From a virus: DNA of 64,000 nucleotides. The notes beneath the pieces are model-generated. The model worked only from the letters and a program-made list of their open reading frames with translations, made no database searches and had not been told where the DNA came from. The position numbers and the translations under genes were made by a program. The stretch covers positions 32,001-96,000 of IMG/VR virus record IMGVR_UViG_3300036715_000153; one strand, given 5' to 3'. The first letter of the stretch is position 1. Each line of letters opens with the position of its first letter. Shown piece by piece: positions 49,627 through 60,539 of this stretch.

Positions 49627-50318
49627 CACGGAGTCCCGAACGGCGAATTCTCATCAAACGTTAGAAACTGATTAGACATATCTTGTACGGTTTGATTGCT
49701 TGCCCACGGATCAGTATTTACATTAGGGTTAACTGTAATATCATTACTGAAATCTGCTTCCTGCGAATCGACTGCGGGCACACCTGTCTGTAGACTTTCT
49801 GATGAATATGACCACTTCTCACACGTAACCGAAAGAGTATGGTGTATGCCCAGAGGGAACCAACCAATAGACTCAAACTTATCTATGAATGAAATCTTAA
49901 AGAAGTCGGTTGAACCGAACATAGGGAACTCATCCTGCATAGGTATAAACACGATATACCCTTCCATAGGTCGCAATGCACCGGGACCAGTAACACCATT
50001 GGCTGCAGCTATCTCTCTCCACTCCTTAGCAGATATATGAAAACTGAATTCTTCGTTGTTAGTAAACCCAAACTTGGTGAATAATGCATCACCAGATACA
50101 CCGTTTTTAGCATCTTCAAATATAACTGGTACCTTGAATGCCTTAGATAACACAGGCATACGGTCTTCTCTGAAGAAAGTATCTACGTTATTAAACTCGT
50201 TAGGAATTACATATATCTCTACCCCATATAGCTGAGTTAGTTCTTGAGATAAAGACTCTATAAGTCTACGCTCAGAGTTAGTGCTCGGATTGGTTTGAAA
50301 ATATTGTGATTTAGCCAT
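49626..50318 (-). CDS. gp14: Neck protein
   Basis: TKFG, RPMEG, YSSE...TG, FDENSPFG. Confidence 0.88.
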   Translation of the reverse strand: MAKSQYFQTNPSTNSERRLIESLSQELTQLYGVEIYVIPNEFNNVDTFFREDRMPVLSKAFKVPVIFEDAKNGVSGDALFTKFGFTNNEEFSFHISAKEWREIAAANGVTGPGALRPMEGYIVFIPMQDEFPMFGSTDFFKISFIDKFESIGWFPLGIHHTLSVTCEKWSYSSESLQTGVPAVDSQEADFSNDITVNPNVNTDPWASNQTVQDMSNQFLTFDENSPFGTP

Positions 50319-50319
50319 A

Positions 50320-51057
50320 TCAGCCTACCATCATCATTGCAGGCAAACTATACATATCTATAAGCTCTTGTTTTAGCTCTTTGATCTCTTCGGTAGCCTC
50401 TTGTTTTAACTCTTGACCGCTGAACAAAAGACCGCCGGGGAGTGCAACTTGAGAATACTTGGACAAGACATTGGACCAAACGAGCTTGATCAGTGCCACC
50501 GTGTAATTCTGTAACCACTCATCGCCCCATATCAGGGAGTTTGATGTTGGGTCGACAGCCGACCACCCTTCGAGTATCATATATGAATCAACCGGAATCG
50601 TATCCCAGTCTAGGTCGAGGCTCACCTTACCAACCACACGGTTAAACCTAATAGGCTTTTCTCCACTGGTTAGCATAGAGATAGTAGAACGGTAGTTCAT
50701 CAGTAGTTGATATGATGCCATACCAGTACCACGCATTGCCTGCCATAGCGCATCGGACGCAAGGATAAAGCTAGTGTTCAGTACATTAGATCCAACGCCG
50801 GATTGGAATTGAAACAGACGAGTCACACCTGTGATACTGGATGGGACAGGTATGTACTTGTTCGTTATATCGTCTTGTGTGACCTTATGGGGAATATACA
50901 CCAACTCTGTGCCGTTGTAGTGTACGCGCTGAAACAACGAGATAGCCTTGTCGATTTGATCCTCGATTTGAATATCGGCAACGTTGATCGTTATAACTGG
51001 TGAACCAAGTTGTCTCAAACAAAAATCCTTAAACTCGTCGCGAGTTGATGGTATCAT
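50320..51057 (-). CDS. gp13: Neck protein
   Basis: CLRQLGSPVITINV, WSNVLSKY...LPGG. Confidence 0.92.
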   Translation of the reverse strand: MIPSTRDEFKDFCLRQLGSPVITINVADIQIEDQIDKAISLFQRVHYNGTELVYIPHKVTQDDITNKYIPVPSSITGVTRLFQFQSGVGSNVLNTSFILASDALWQAMRGTGMASYQLLMNYRSTISMLTSGEKPIRFNRVVGKVSLDLDWDTIPVDSYMILEGWSAVDPTSNSLIWGDEWLQNYTVALIKLVWSNVLSKYSQVALPGGLLFSGQELKQEATEEIKELKQELIDMYSLPAMMMVG

Positions 51058-51236
51058 TCTTTGTCCCTCAATTCCAGTATCATTTTTAGCATGACATCAT
51101 TTTTCATTTTTAGTTGCCTAACCTCATTCTCCAATTCAAGTATCCTTGCAGGGAACGATTCCTCGGTTTGTTTCTTTTGGTGTGCAATTAAAAATTGCAA
51201 CCTTTCACTTGGTATATCGCTAGATGGCAAGCGCAA
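51054..51236 (-). CDS. Small coiled-coil hypothetical protein
   Basis: Overlaps flanking ORFs at both ends. Confidence 0.5.
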   Translation of the reverse strand: MRLPSSDIPSERLQFLIAHQKKQTEESFPARILELENEVRQLKMKNDVMLKMILELRDKE

Positions 51237-52767
51237 TCGCTCTCAGCTGTTTAGCTCTTGGAGGTAAACAGGAGTTAGCTCCTCTGAAAACCAACTTAAT
51301 TGAATATGTTTTAAACTCTGCCAAACCTCTGACTTCCAATGTATAGTCCTTAAACTCTGTAGCAGTGGTAGATAGTACAGGAGTTATCGGATAAGCCAAT
51401 AATACCCAACTAGAATCAGCTACAGTATCAGTGTCGGAAACCTTATAATATACATCTATCATATTGCCGGTAGTAATATTAGCAGCAAACGATATCCGTA
51501 TAGACGTAGCCTTAGTATCCAATGTAATCGGCTTGGCTACATATTTGGATATAGACGACCCCGCATTCTTATCTGTCTCAGCAACTACACGTCGAGACGG
51601 TACGTTAGTTTCGTCATCAAGTAGATGGTCAACCATGACCACATTCATTAGATCCTGTCGAATAATAGGAGATACGTTTGCATTTGAAGTGCTAATCGTT
51701 GCCTTAATAAGCAAAGGCTCAGTCGATGGTAGAAACGCCGCCTTATTATTGACAGACGGAACCATAATAGGATCCTTCAGGTCTATATCAGTGTTCACGT
51801 CCAACTTCACATAGTCGGTCGCTGTAACGTACCTGGTCTGATTACCACCACGCGATCTACCGCTAGTTGTTTTAATGTAGAAATCGCAGTTTGTGCTGGG
51901 CGGCTTAACATACCTAGTCGTCACGTTAATCAGATCTGCTTTAAGGTTGACAGTTAACATCATACTCTTAACATAGCATATACCGGTAGCTGTAGGTGGT
52001 GTACCTGTAACAGTTATACCGAATGAGTCGTTGTCTGCAACGGTAACAATATATTCCTTAGACACAGCTGCACCGCCTGCTCCATTCAACTGAACTACAG
52101 TGAGACCATTGAACGTGCTAGGTGCGGGGTCATTGACGCTTATGGACACCCGATCATTTACAAATAACCCGTGGTTTTTAATGTTAAAGTAGACAGTCGA
52201 TGAACCAGATACAGTTTCAAGAATATGTCCATTGACAAACACCGGATTTAGGGGAGTAGATTTCAGTGTAAGGTTATATACAGTATTGGTTGTAAATTGA
52301 GCCTTGTATAACCTGAACATCAAGTCAGACGATGTATCCGGTGTCCACGTTGTACCGCCGTTTGCAAGGTACAATACACCCGGGTTAGGTTGTTTAGAAA
52401 TAGATGTAGACTTGTTTATCGCTACCTGACCTATTTGTGCAACCCACGCATTATATCTGTCTGAGTTGGTTCTAAGAATAATTGCATATTCTTTATCCTC
52501 TTCCAACACGACCGGACCACTGAACACGAACTTGGTTGCAGTCTGGGCATAATCACTAGTACCGACTTGGGAGGCAGCCATTATTACAGTGGAGTTGGGT
52601 ACATTAGTCTCACTAGGAATACCTTCGTTTGTTGTCCTAATTTCGAGTACAATGGGAACCAGTTGGTCTTTCGTTTTAAAGAATATATCAACCGCAGTCA
52701 AATACATTCCGCCCTTAATGCCGTTTGTATTGAATGTCTGTGCGAACGATGTTGTTAGTTTAGGCAT
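51220..52767 (-). CDS. VrlC/DUF4815-like virion protein, C-terminal part
   Basis: FAQTF...YLTAVDIFF..KD, KQP..GVL...NG.TW....DL.F.LY.A.F, C-terminal LRAIA. Confidence 0.75.
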   Translation of the reverse strand: MPKLTTSFAQTFNTNGIKGGMYLTAVDIFFKTKDQLVPIVLEIRTTNEGIPSETNVPNSTVIMAASQVGTSDYAQTATKFVFSGPVVLEEDKEYAIILRTNSDRYNAWVAQIGQVAINKSTSISKQPNPGVLYLANGGTTWTPDTSSDLMFRLYKAQFTTNTVYNLTLKSTPLNPVFVNGHILETVSGSSTVYFNIKNHGLFVNDRVSISVNDPAPSTFNGLTVVQLNGAGGAAVSKEYIVTVADNDSFGITVTGTPPTATGICYVKSMMLTVNLKADLINVTTRYVKPPSTNCDFYIKTTSGRSRGGNQTRYVTATDYVKLDVNTDIDLKDPIMVPSVNNKAAFLPSTEPLLIKATISTSNANVSPIIRQDLMNVVMVDHLLDDETNVPSRRVVAETDKNAGSSISKYVAKPITLDTKATSIRISFAANITTGNMIDVYYKVSDTDTVADSSWVLLAYPITPVLSTTATEFKDYTLEVRGLAEFKTYSIKLVFRGANSCLPPRAKQLRAIALAI

Positions 52768-53792
52768 GTGTTATTCTTTTTATCCATGAATATTGTTACT
52801 GTAGTTGCTAACCGGAACATAGCGATAATGGACAACATAAGATATGCTCTAGCAATGCCGCACGATTTCGGCTTGCCGAATATTCTATTTTTAATCCCAA
52901 CCAGCTTGCTAATAGGGACACCGAATGTCATTAGGAACTTACCTGTTATGTTACCTTCGTGGTATTTACCTTGTCTAAAAGCCATCTCATGTGTCCACGG
53001 GATTATCATATCAATGGCCCACTGTGTCAGCAGATTTTGTGCGATAGTCCTATCTTTCTTCCAGAAGAAAACATCTGGTCCTTTACCACTCATTATGTCA
53101 ACTGCATCAGATGCCCATGAGAGATACCCGAAGTATGTATCTGGACTTGTTCTTATTGTATCCAACCCATACTGTTTGTCTGCATTATATATTGTTTTAT
53201 TTATATAGCCAAGTTCATACATCTTGGTACATATAACAGTGCCTCCGCCGCCACCTTGAATCCACGGTTTAGATGGAGCCGGTGGAACAGGTGGGTCTGG
53301 AGTCCACACCTGGGTGTACACGTTGATGGGCACGTCCTCTATATAAGGGTCCTTGAAGATGGTGTTACCCTCAGCAATAAATACAGAATCAGCATAAGTT
53401 ACTTCACGCGACGGGTCTAGACTGTTTGTTATACGCAATATCTTTCTGCCTACGACAAATCTGTTGGCGGGAAGATAGAATCTAGCATAAACTGTACCAT
53501 TAAGTCCGACCACCATCTGACTACCGATTGCGGCAGCACCAACAGAGTTTGCATTATATTCCGCCTCAGTCAATGGCTTGCACATAGCAGACACATCTAT
53601 ATTATCGAATGTGACGAATACAGGTGTGTAAGGCCCTAACGACATACCCTTAATGAGAATTTCTTTAGCGTGTATATATGGGACAGATACGTGGTTAGCA
53701 TCGGCTGTCCCAACGTTGATTATAGGTGTGCTCCAAGTCCTGTACTTAGTAGTTGGTACTAATATTGTAGTAACTTCTGTATGATATGCCAT
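52755..53792 (-). CDS. VrlC/DUF4815-like middle part with C-terminal VICT-type helical domain
   Basis: PYI...FDNIDVS..C.P, F.LP..RF..G; Pro-rich and GGGGG linker, then VICTKMYELG...GYLSWA. Confidence 0.65.
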   Translation of the reverse strand: MAYHTEVTTILVPTTKYRTWSTPIINVGTADANHVSVPYIHAKEILIKGMSLGPYTPVFVTFDNIDVSAMCKPLTEAEYNANSVGAAAIGSQMVVGLNGTVYARFYLPANRFVVGRKILRITNSLDPSREVTYADSVFIAEGNTIFKDPYIEDVPINVYTQVWTPDPPVPPAPSKPWIQGGGGGTVICTKMYELGYINKTIYNADKQYGLDTIRTSPDTYFGYLSWASDAVDIMSGKGPDVFFWKKDRTIAQNLLTQWAIDMIIPWTHEMAFRQGKYHEGNITGKFLMTFGVPISKLVGIKNRIFGKPKSCGIARAYLMLSIIAMFRLATTVTIFMDKKNNTCLN

Positions 53793-53793
53793 G

Positions 53794-53976
53794 TTAAGAG
53801 TTCACCAATTCAAAATTAGCAGATGGTTGATATTTCCATTGCTCCGAGTTATCAACCGATTTCACTAAACTATTAGAGTTTGCAATAAAATCGACTGAAG
53901 TATAAGTAATACCATCAACCACGAATACAGCACCAACGTGTTCGGCATCTATTGAAAATGTTGTTATATCTGGCAT
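53794..53976 (-). CDS. Small hypothetical protein
   Basis: Fills the gap between flanking ORFs exactly. Confidence 0.5.
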   Translation of the reverse strand: MPDITTFSIDAEHVGAVFVVDGITYTSVDFIANSNSLVKSVDNSEQWKYQPSANFELVNS

Positions 53977-53978
53977 TG

Positions 53979-56900
53979 TTAATTCCTTAATGTTGTTACT
54001 AGAGGCAACGTGATCGTATCGACTTCGCTATCGCGTGTAGGGGATATTTCCATAGAACCTGCCCATATAAATACAGAGTTACCATTAACGTTTACAGGGC
54101 GCGATGCTAATCCTTGATCAACCGCAACAACCTCTGTATATGGTATGAAGTATGAATCGCCCCATTGAACAAGTGGAGAATATGTATTTACACTCATACC
54201 AACCGACTTATGATTGAATATAGGGCGCACTTCGCCTGCATCTATATCTAGTGTCGCCCTATATTCGTTGTTACCTAGATCAGCACTATCTGTTGTAGTG
54301 AATGAATCTGCAAAGAACCCAGACTTGAATCTGTTTAAGCCAGTGTTAGCGTCGACTATCTGTGTGTCCTTAACTGAGGCTTCCAACATGTTCTGTGTTA
54401 CAGCAACCTCTACATTAGCAATTCTTTTTTCTAATTTAGTTATATCCGCCATAGTGTACCGCTTGTGTTCCTGTGGAGTGATAATAACTTTATCTAGTTC
54501 TGCGTCTGCTGTAAATGCCGGTAAGAATACATCTGCTATTTTCATATTAGATGCATCGGATACATCCTCTGGCAATGTTGGTATATCAGCTGGCTGACCC
54601 TCAACAACTCTAACAATACTCTCATCTGTTATATACAGCGAATCATATCTAGGCAAGAAGTACGAATAGTCATACGTCAGGAGAGTGTTAGTCTGTATCT
54701 GATTCTTTGCAATGGAAGATGTAGCTGCACCAGAAGCAACCCTAATACCGATGGCCACTATAATACTAGACGCGTTGGTACATGCACCAGATAGTGTAAG
54801 AGTCGTACCGTTCTTTGCGGTGATATATGTGCCCCATGGAATACCAGGACCAACAACTAAACCAGTGGTTGCGCCGACGTTAATTAGATCGGATGTATCA
54901 CCGATTAAAGTTAGCGTAGTCGAACCTGTTATCGTGCCGAGGTAGAAGTTGAAGTCTGTATATGTGTCTGCTCGTGAATCAATTGTATCGCGAACATCTA
55001 TCTTGTTCGATCCCTCTGTAAACGATGGTATAGCCGCTTGATATTCTCCGCCGATATTGGCATAGGAATCTACAGTGTAAATCTCACCTGTCCTGGTAAA
55101 GTATCTGTATTGTATTTTTACCTGACCGCGAGCTTTCTTCTTACCCGGTATAAACTCAAGATATGAACCACCATATTCCAACGAATTCTGGTTCTGCACT
55201 AAACGGTAACTTGACTTGATATCGGGATCAGATGTTGTAGCTGCTGTGCCTGTTGCCTGTGAGTCATAGATGTGAGATATGTCATACACGTCCTGAACAC
55301 CTAATGGTATTCTTGCACCGGGGACAGCGACGTTCAGGTCTGCGGCGGTCGTCAATAATTTTGTGCCAACGTTTGCTGTCTTGATATATGGTGCAAAGAT
55401 TGTTACTGTATGACCGGCTGCTAGTGAAGTGTTAACTGCCAAAGATATGGTACCAGCACCAGATAGGACAGATGCACAGTCTAATATAGTTCCAATCTGT
55501 GCACCAGCAGATACATAACCGAAGTACGATGTACTAGATATAGGAGCCAATATTTCACCGGATGTACCAGCATTACTACCATCTCCGTTGGAATCTAAAT
55601 TAATAACAATCTTCTTGAGGATGGTATAAGATGTAGTGGAAACGTTAGATGAGTTCTTGATAGTATTGACCCAATTACTTGGCATCTTAACTAACAGGGA
55701 AGCACTTTCATTCTTGTTTACGATTGTTCGTAATGAAACGATAGACCTGACCAATGATGTACCACCGACAACAGAATCTCCGTCAGTCAATGGGCCGTTT
55801 GTACTATTTTTATATGCAAACAATCTCTTATTTGCAGAATCCCACTTGAACACCACGACACTAGATGTAGACCCAATGGAACCAGTAACAATCTCCGATG
55901 TAGTGAAGTTACCAGTGTTGTTAATCATGTAGTATGATTGTAGTACCTTGCCGCAACACTGAGTTGATGAAGCCGAGACGTTGAATGACCCGATATCACC
56001 TTGTGTTTTACCTGAGTTCAGATTGATATCGTATACGAACAACTTGAATATTGCATCAGCTAATGTGTTTGGACTTGTACCAGAATGGAATGCAATATTC
56101 CTAACTCTAGCATACCCGATGATATTTCCAGCCGGAGTTCCTACGACTGTTACTGGTGCATCTCTTAATTCTATTAAAGTGCCTACATCTACCTGTGGAG
56201 AACCATACATCGATGCTACGTAGAAATAATTACCAACATTAAATAATGAGTTACCGACTGAATATTTAATGGACCTAGCTCTGTTCAATCTCACGTTTGT
56301 GTTGTTGCCGATCGGACATTCAAACCCGTTTACATATGCTTTATTTGCATCCAACTCGACACCGACACATGTCTTCGCATAATCAATAGACTCCGTTACT
56401 TTGGTTTGATCTGGAAACTGAATAAGAACATTGTCTTGAGTATAGATACCATTGTTTGTTTCGAGCCTTAACCATGGTCGTACCTTAAATGATACAGGCT
56501 TCACAATGAAGTTGCCGTTAGTATCGTATGAACGTCTGGCAATAGTCTTTAACACTTCATTATATGTAGACGTCTGCTCTACTTCAATTTGTACGCCATC
56601 TATAATTCTTGTTAGTTCGATGAAGTCATTTGTCGGTATCGCAGATAAACTGTATCCAGTTAAGGATAGTGACATCTTGTATCTATGTGCACCAGGAGCA
56701 AGTTCATTCGATGTACCCAGTGCAGGGTCAAGTAAAGTAGCATCGTCTGAATCTGTTACGATTGTTTCGACTATATTTAAACCAACACGAATATTTGTAG
56801 TGCTTGGGTCCTTTGCAATAGGTACAGAATGTGAAAATACCTTTACGAAATAGTTGTTCGCATAATAGATACCATCACTAATACTGGCTACCCATGATAT

Positions 56901-57422
56901 CAGTTCTGTGCCATCAGCTTCATTGGTATTTTGAATAGTACCGCATGCAACCAACGCAATTGGGTCACCGAGCGAGTCGTAGTTCTGTATGTACAGGGTC
57001 TGACCAATCGTGCCGCGCAACTTGGGTGTTGCCTCATTGGACTGTGCCGTAGTTCTTACGTAAATTGTATTTGGTGTAGACCCGACCTTATTAGTTGCAC
57101 ATATAACCTCTATACGCGAACCACTCAGGCTACCACAGTACAGTGTCTTACCAACCAACTCTTGTACCGAAGCAATATCGATTAATGCGTCGGCTAGTTC
57201 GATATAACCAAGAACGGCTAACGAATAATTACCAGGGATAACAACAGACCCGTGTTTAAATATATGGTCACCGAGTCTTGATATTTGACTCTGCACCAAA
57301 GATTGAGTTTGATTCAGTTCCCTAGTTTGTACAGAAAACCCAGGGCGATACAATACCTTGTAGAACTCCTTCGTTTCATCGAAGTCGTCATAGTACGGGG
57401 ACTGATTAAAATTTAATGCCAT
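53979..57422 (-). CDS. VrlC/DUF4815-like large virion protein, N-terminal part
   Basis: PYYDDFD...RPGFSVQTRELNQ, APGAHR, KRYTMADI..LEKRI, RFKSGFFADSF. Confidence 0.85.
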   Translation of the reverse strand: MALNFNQSPYYDDFDETKEFYKVLYRPGFSVQTRELNQTQSLVQSQISRLGDHIFKHGSVVIPGNYSLAVLGYIELADALIDIASVQELVGKTLYCGSLSGSRIEVICATNKVGSTPNTIYVRTTAQSNEATPKLRGTIGQTLYIQNYDSLGDPIALVACGTIQNTNEADGTELISWVASISDGIYYANNYFVKVFSHSVPIAKDPSTTNIRVGLNIVETIVTDSDDATLLDPALGTSNELAPGAHRYKMSLSLTGYSLSAIPTNDFIELTRIIDGVQIEVEQTSTYNEVLKTIARRSYDTNGNFIVKPVSFKVRPWLRLETNNGIYTQDNVLIQFPDQTKVTESIDYAKTCVGVELDANKAYVNGFECPIGNNTNVRLNRARSIKYSVGNSLFNVGNYFYVASMYGSPQVDVGTLIELRDAPVTVVGTPAGNIIGYARVRNIAFHSGTSPNTLADAIFKLFVYDINLNSGKTQGDIGSFNVSASSTQCCGKVLQSYYMINNTGNFTTSEIVTGSIGSTSSVVVFKWDSANKRLFAYKNSTNGPLTDGDSVVGGTSLVRSIVSLRTIVNKNESASLLVKMPSNWVNTIKNSSNVSTTSYTILKKIVINLDSNGDGSNAGTSGEILAPISSTSYFGYVSAGAQIGTILDCASVLSGAGTISLAVNTSLAAGHTVTIFAPYIKTANVGTKLLTTAADLNVAVPGARIPLGVQDVYDISHIYDSQATGTAATTSDPDIKSSYRLVQNQNSLEYGGSYLEFIPGKKKARGQVKIQYRYFTRTGEIYTVDSYANIGGEYQAAIPSFTEGSNKIDVRDTIDSRADTYTDFNFYLGTITGSTTLTLIGDTSDLINVGATTGLVVGPGIPWGTYITAKNGTTLTLSGACTNASSIIVAIGIRVASGAATSSIAKNQIQTNTLLTYDYSYFLPRYDSLYITDESIVRVVEGQPADIPTLPEDVSDASNMKIADVFLPAFTADAELDKVIITPQEHKRYTMADITKLEKRIANVEVAVTQNMLEASVKDTQIVDANTGLNRFKSGFFADSFTTTDSADLGNNEYRATLDIDAGEVRPIFNHKSVGMSVNTYSPLVQWGDSYFIPYTEVVAVDQGLASRPVNVNGNSVFIWAGSMEISPTRDSEVDTITLPLVTTLRN

Positions 57423-57508
57423 CGGATATTCCTGTTATCGGTTAATGTAGAATTTAGTTATTATTATTCCGTATTTGAGTCAACTAAGTAGTTGTTTCTG
57501 ATATTATA

Positions 57509-58801
57509 TCAGAAAGATAAAATTATGGAAATCGACTCGCGCTGATCTAACGAACGGTTAACTAAACGTCTGTAGTCTTTGTAGAACAGAATTCCACTGT
57601 TAGGCTTAATCTGGGAATTTGTCTTTGCAATAGTACCACCAGCAAATGCAGCAGATGTACCACCCGTAACAGTGTTAGATGTATCGAATGTTCCCAGTAC
57701 ATTATTGAGTCGTAGTGTCTTTGTACTTGCATTCCAATCTATAACAGTTCCCGACGCCCCTGTTACTGCCTGCGTTACCGTTTCATCACCCACAAAGGCC
57801 CCAGAAGCTGTAGTGAATACTAGGTGCGTGGATGCATCCAATGTAGTAGCAGTGGCAACGGTGTTGGTTCCGTATAACAATGGATTTTTAATAATAACAA
57901 TCTTACGATAGTCGTTATCTACTGAGAACACACCACCTTCGTCCAAGTTAAGTACAGTGTTTAGCATGGAATAAGAGGCAAATAATTCGTTCTCTATATC
58001 TTTACCGTGACCGCCGAATGGACTAATAATTGCTCTAGCGGCTGCTGCACCAGATCCAAATGCAACTGTAGCATACGTATAACCAGATCCGATAGAGTTA
58101 ACCACGATATGATCGATTGGCTGATTGCCGCTGCCTACTACCAATACTGCCGTAGCTGTACAGCCTGTACCGTCGCCGGTCACTGTAACTGACGGAGGAG
58201 TTGCATACGAACCAGCTGTAGTAACCTTAATGGTGTGAATCGCACCATCGACCGCTGCCTGTTGTGTAGCCCATTGATTGGAACCATCCGACACAGTCAG
58301 CGTCTGAACTGGTATCCAATTCTGACTAGGGAATGAATTCAACTTAGAGGCTGTAATAGTGGTCATGTATTTCCATACATATCCATCAGATGTACTAAAG
58401 GTAGATGTAGAATATCCAGTCGGTTGACTTGTAGATAAGGCACCCTTGTTATTGTCTATACACTTATACACGTCATATGAGCTGTTAGTGACATAGAACG
58501 TCTTGGTGTTTAGTGTATTATCTGCATCGTCGTACATATCATACACAGTGTTGACTGCCCATGTATGGATTGGGACAGATGCTGTAACACCGGCAGCAGT
58601 AATTCTCTTTAATGATAACAAATCTCTGTAGTCTGTTACCAGTTGACCAAATGAATCCGACGGTGTATCTGGAGATGACTCGGTAGTCCATGGAGTTTGT
58701 TTACCAATACCGAGATAATATGTATCTGCCCCAGAAGCAATAGCTGCTCTTAGTTGTTGTGATTGGATAATTCTGTATGAGTTTGTGATATATGCAGTCA
58801 A
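57509..58801 (-). CDS. gp8: Baseplate wedge subunit
   Basis: VYKCIDNN, DGYVWKYM, PFGGHG, NDYRKI. Confidence 0.88.
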   Translation of the reverse strand: MTAYITNSYRIIQSQQLRAAIASGADTYYLGIGKQTPWTTESSPDTPSDSFGQLVTDYRDLLSLKRITAAGVTASVPIHTWAVNTVYDMYDDADNTLNTKTFYVTNSSYDVYKCIDNNKGALSTSQPTGYSTSTFSTSDGYVWKYMTTITASKLNSFPSQNWIPVQTLTVSDGSNQWATQQAAVDGAIHTIKVTTAGSYATPPSVTVTGDGTGCTATAVLVVGSGNQPIDHIVVNSIGSGYTYATVAFGSGAAAARAIISPFGGHGKDIENELFASYSMLNTVLNLDEGGVFSVDNDYRKIVIIKNPLLYGTNTVATATTLDASTHLVFTTASGAFVGDETVTQAVTGASGTVIDWNASTKTLRLNNVLGTFDTSNTVTGGTSAAFAGGTIAKTNSQIKPNSGILFYKDYRRLVNRSLDQRESISIILSF

Positions 58802-58843
58802 TGTAGTATGCCCCTATTGTAATTTCTATAATTTAGTTTATGG

Positions 58844-60535
58844 TTAGAATCTAGGATATATGACGTTCAATGACCCGTCCAGTCTATAGTGTTCGGCGTC
58901 TGGTAGATAATGTATTCTCGAACTTCTTAGCGGTTCGCTATTGACGGACACGTCCGAACTCCATGACCGGATTGTATCTGACGCAAAGTCCTTTATGGAC
59001 CTAGTATAAAAATTGAATTTCCAATCTTCTACCTTATATCTAGGCACATTGAAAGGTATATCTGGGGACTTCTCTATCATGATTATCGAATCCCTGCCAC
59101 CCACTACAGGAATGTCGATACTAGATGTAGCCGATATCAAGAAGTTCAATATGCCTCGATATAGATACCCACCGCGTTCATCCAACTCGTTGATCGTTCC
59201 AATATTAATACCGATGGACGCCAATTCCTCTATGGCTAGTTCACCGAATAAAGCCATACCAGCAGGATGTAGAATATCCTTTAAATACGACTTATAATTA
59301 CTTAGAGCATGACCGGACCTAATGACATACGAATATGGCATGTACTCTCTGTCGTTTTGTAGTATCGCCGTTTTGTCAGAAGTCATGCCATTCGTGGATA
59401 AAAACCTTCCACTATATAAACACAGTGTACCTATAGACCCAGTACCTATTGCTATCTCATCACCGACATAAGTAGGCAACGATTGTGTAAACTGTACAAT
59501 CGGGGTAATTGTGTTATAGTCAGACCCGAATGACTTTATGTCCACTGTCTTGATCTTACCTATATTTGTTCCATTAGCGATCAGTACAGCTCCAGACCCA
59601 CCACCTGTTTGAGAAGCACATGATAGGGTTGGTCGTTCTTTAAACAAAGATTGCGACCTGAATATTTGTACCGATGCTATTTGGCCTTGTAAAGAAACCC
59701 CCGGTACATACGATGTGATATCTGTTACCCTTGCCTCAAAAGCAGATGGAGGCACAGTTGTGATCATGTCTCCTACAGCGTAGAATGATCCTGGATCGAG
59801 AATGGTGATCGAGTCTATCTTTCCAGACTCAACCTCTTCTACCTCCACAGCTAACCCTACACCGTCACCGCCAGATACTAGACCAGAATCTCCTTTTCTA
59901 TAATATTGTCCAGTGGTAGACATTGTAACAGAAGTGATAGCAGACAAGACAGTCGACGTATAACCATTGACTAATACTGTTTCCCCATATAGAAAAGTCC
60001 CAGTTATCCCACTGATAAATATTTCATATATCAAGTGAAGACCACTGTAATAACTAACAACCGATTCAATTCGGGCAATTGCGCCAGATGCATTCGTAAC
60101 CGAATACCCAGCAGAATTCACAATAAGTGGATTGTCACATGTTACCTTGATACTTGTCCGCTTTAACCAACTACTATCGGACGAGTTGAACAATTGATTC
60201 GACGGATAAGATATCGAAGCCGACTCACCATAGACTGTTCTGAATAACAGCTTAACCGATTCCTCTGTACCCTTTGAGCCATAGAACTCGCGAGCGTGCT
60301 TAATGAATGACCGTTTATCTGCGACTATCTCAGGAGGCAATACAAACAGGTATTGGTTGACAAAGTTTGTTAGGAAGTTTTCTGTAGTTTGATCTACATC
60401 GAGTGTAGTTTTTAATTCTTGATGATTATTCGACAACCACTCATAGTATGCACTAAGGAAGTCTACAAATCCTGGAGCATCTTCCTTTATGAATTGTGGT
60501 ATTCTTGCTAATGATGACTGACCAAGATAACTCAT
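58844..60535 (-). CDS. gp7: Baseplate wedge subunit (gp7-like)
   Basis: FLSAYYEWL, FYGSKGTEESVKLLFR, YSYVIRS, HPAGMALFG. Confidence 0.85.
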   Translation of the reverse strand: MSYLGQSSLARIPQFIKEDAPGFVDFLSAYYEWLSNNHQELKTTLDVDQTTENFLTNFVNQYLFVLPPEIVADKRSFIKHAREFYGSKGTEESVKLLFRTVYGESASISYPSNQLFNSSDSSWLKRTSIKVTCDNPLIVNSAGYSVTNASGAIARIESVVSYYSGLHLIYEIFISGITGTFLYGETVLVNGYTSTVLSAITSVTMSTTGQYYRKGDSGLVSGGDGVGLAVEVEEVESGKIDSITILDPGSFYAVGDMITTVPPSAFEARVTDITSYVPGVSLQGQIASVQIFRSQSLFKERPTLSCASQTGGGSGAVLIANGTNIGKIKTVDIKSFGSDYNTITPIVQFTQSLPTYVGDEIAIGTGSIGTLCLYSGRFLSTNGMTSDKTAILQNDREYMPYSYVIRSGHALSNYKSYLKDILHPAGMALFGELAIEELASIGINIGTINELDERGGYLYRGILNFLISATSSIDIPVVGGRDSIIMIEKSPDIPFNVPRYKVEDWKFNFYTRSIKDFASDTIRSWSSDVSVNSEPLRSSRIHYLPDAEHYRLDGSLNVIYPRF

Positions 60536-60539
60536 TATG

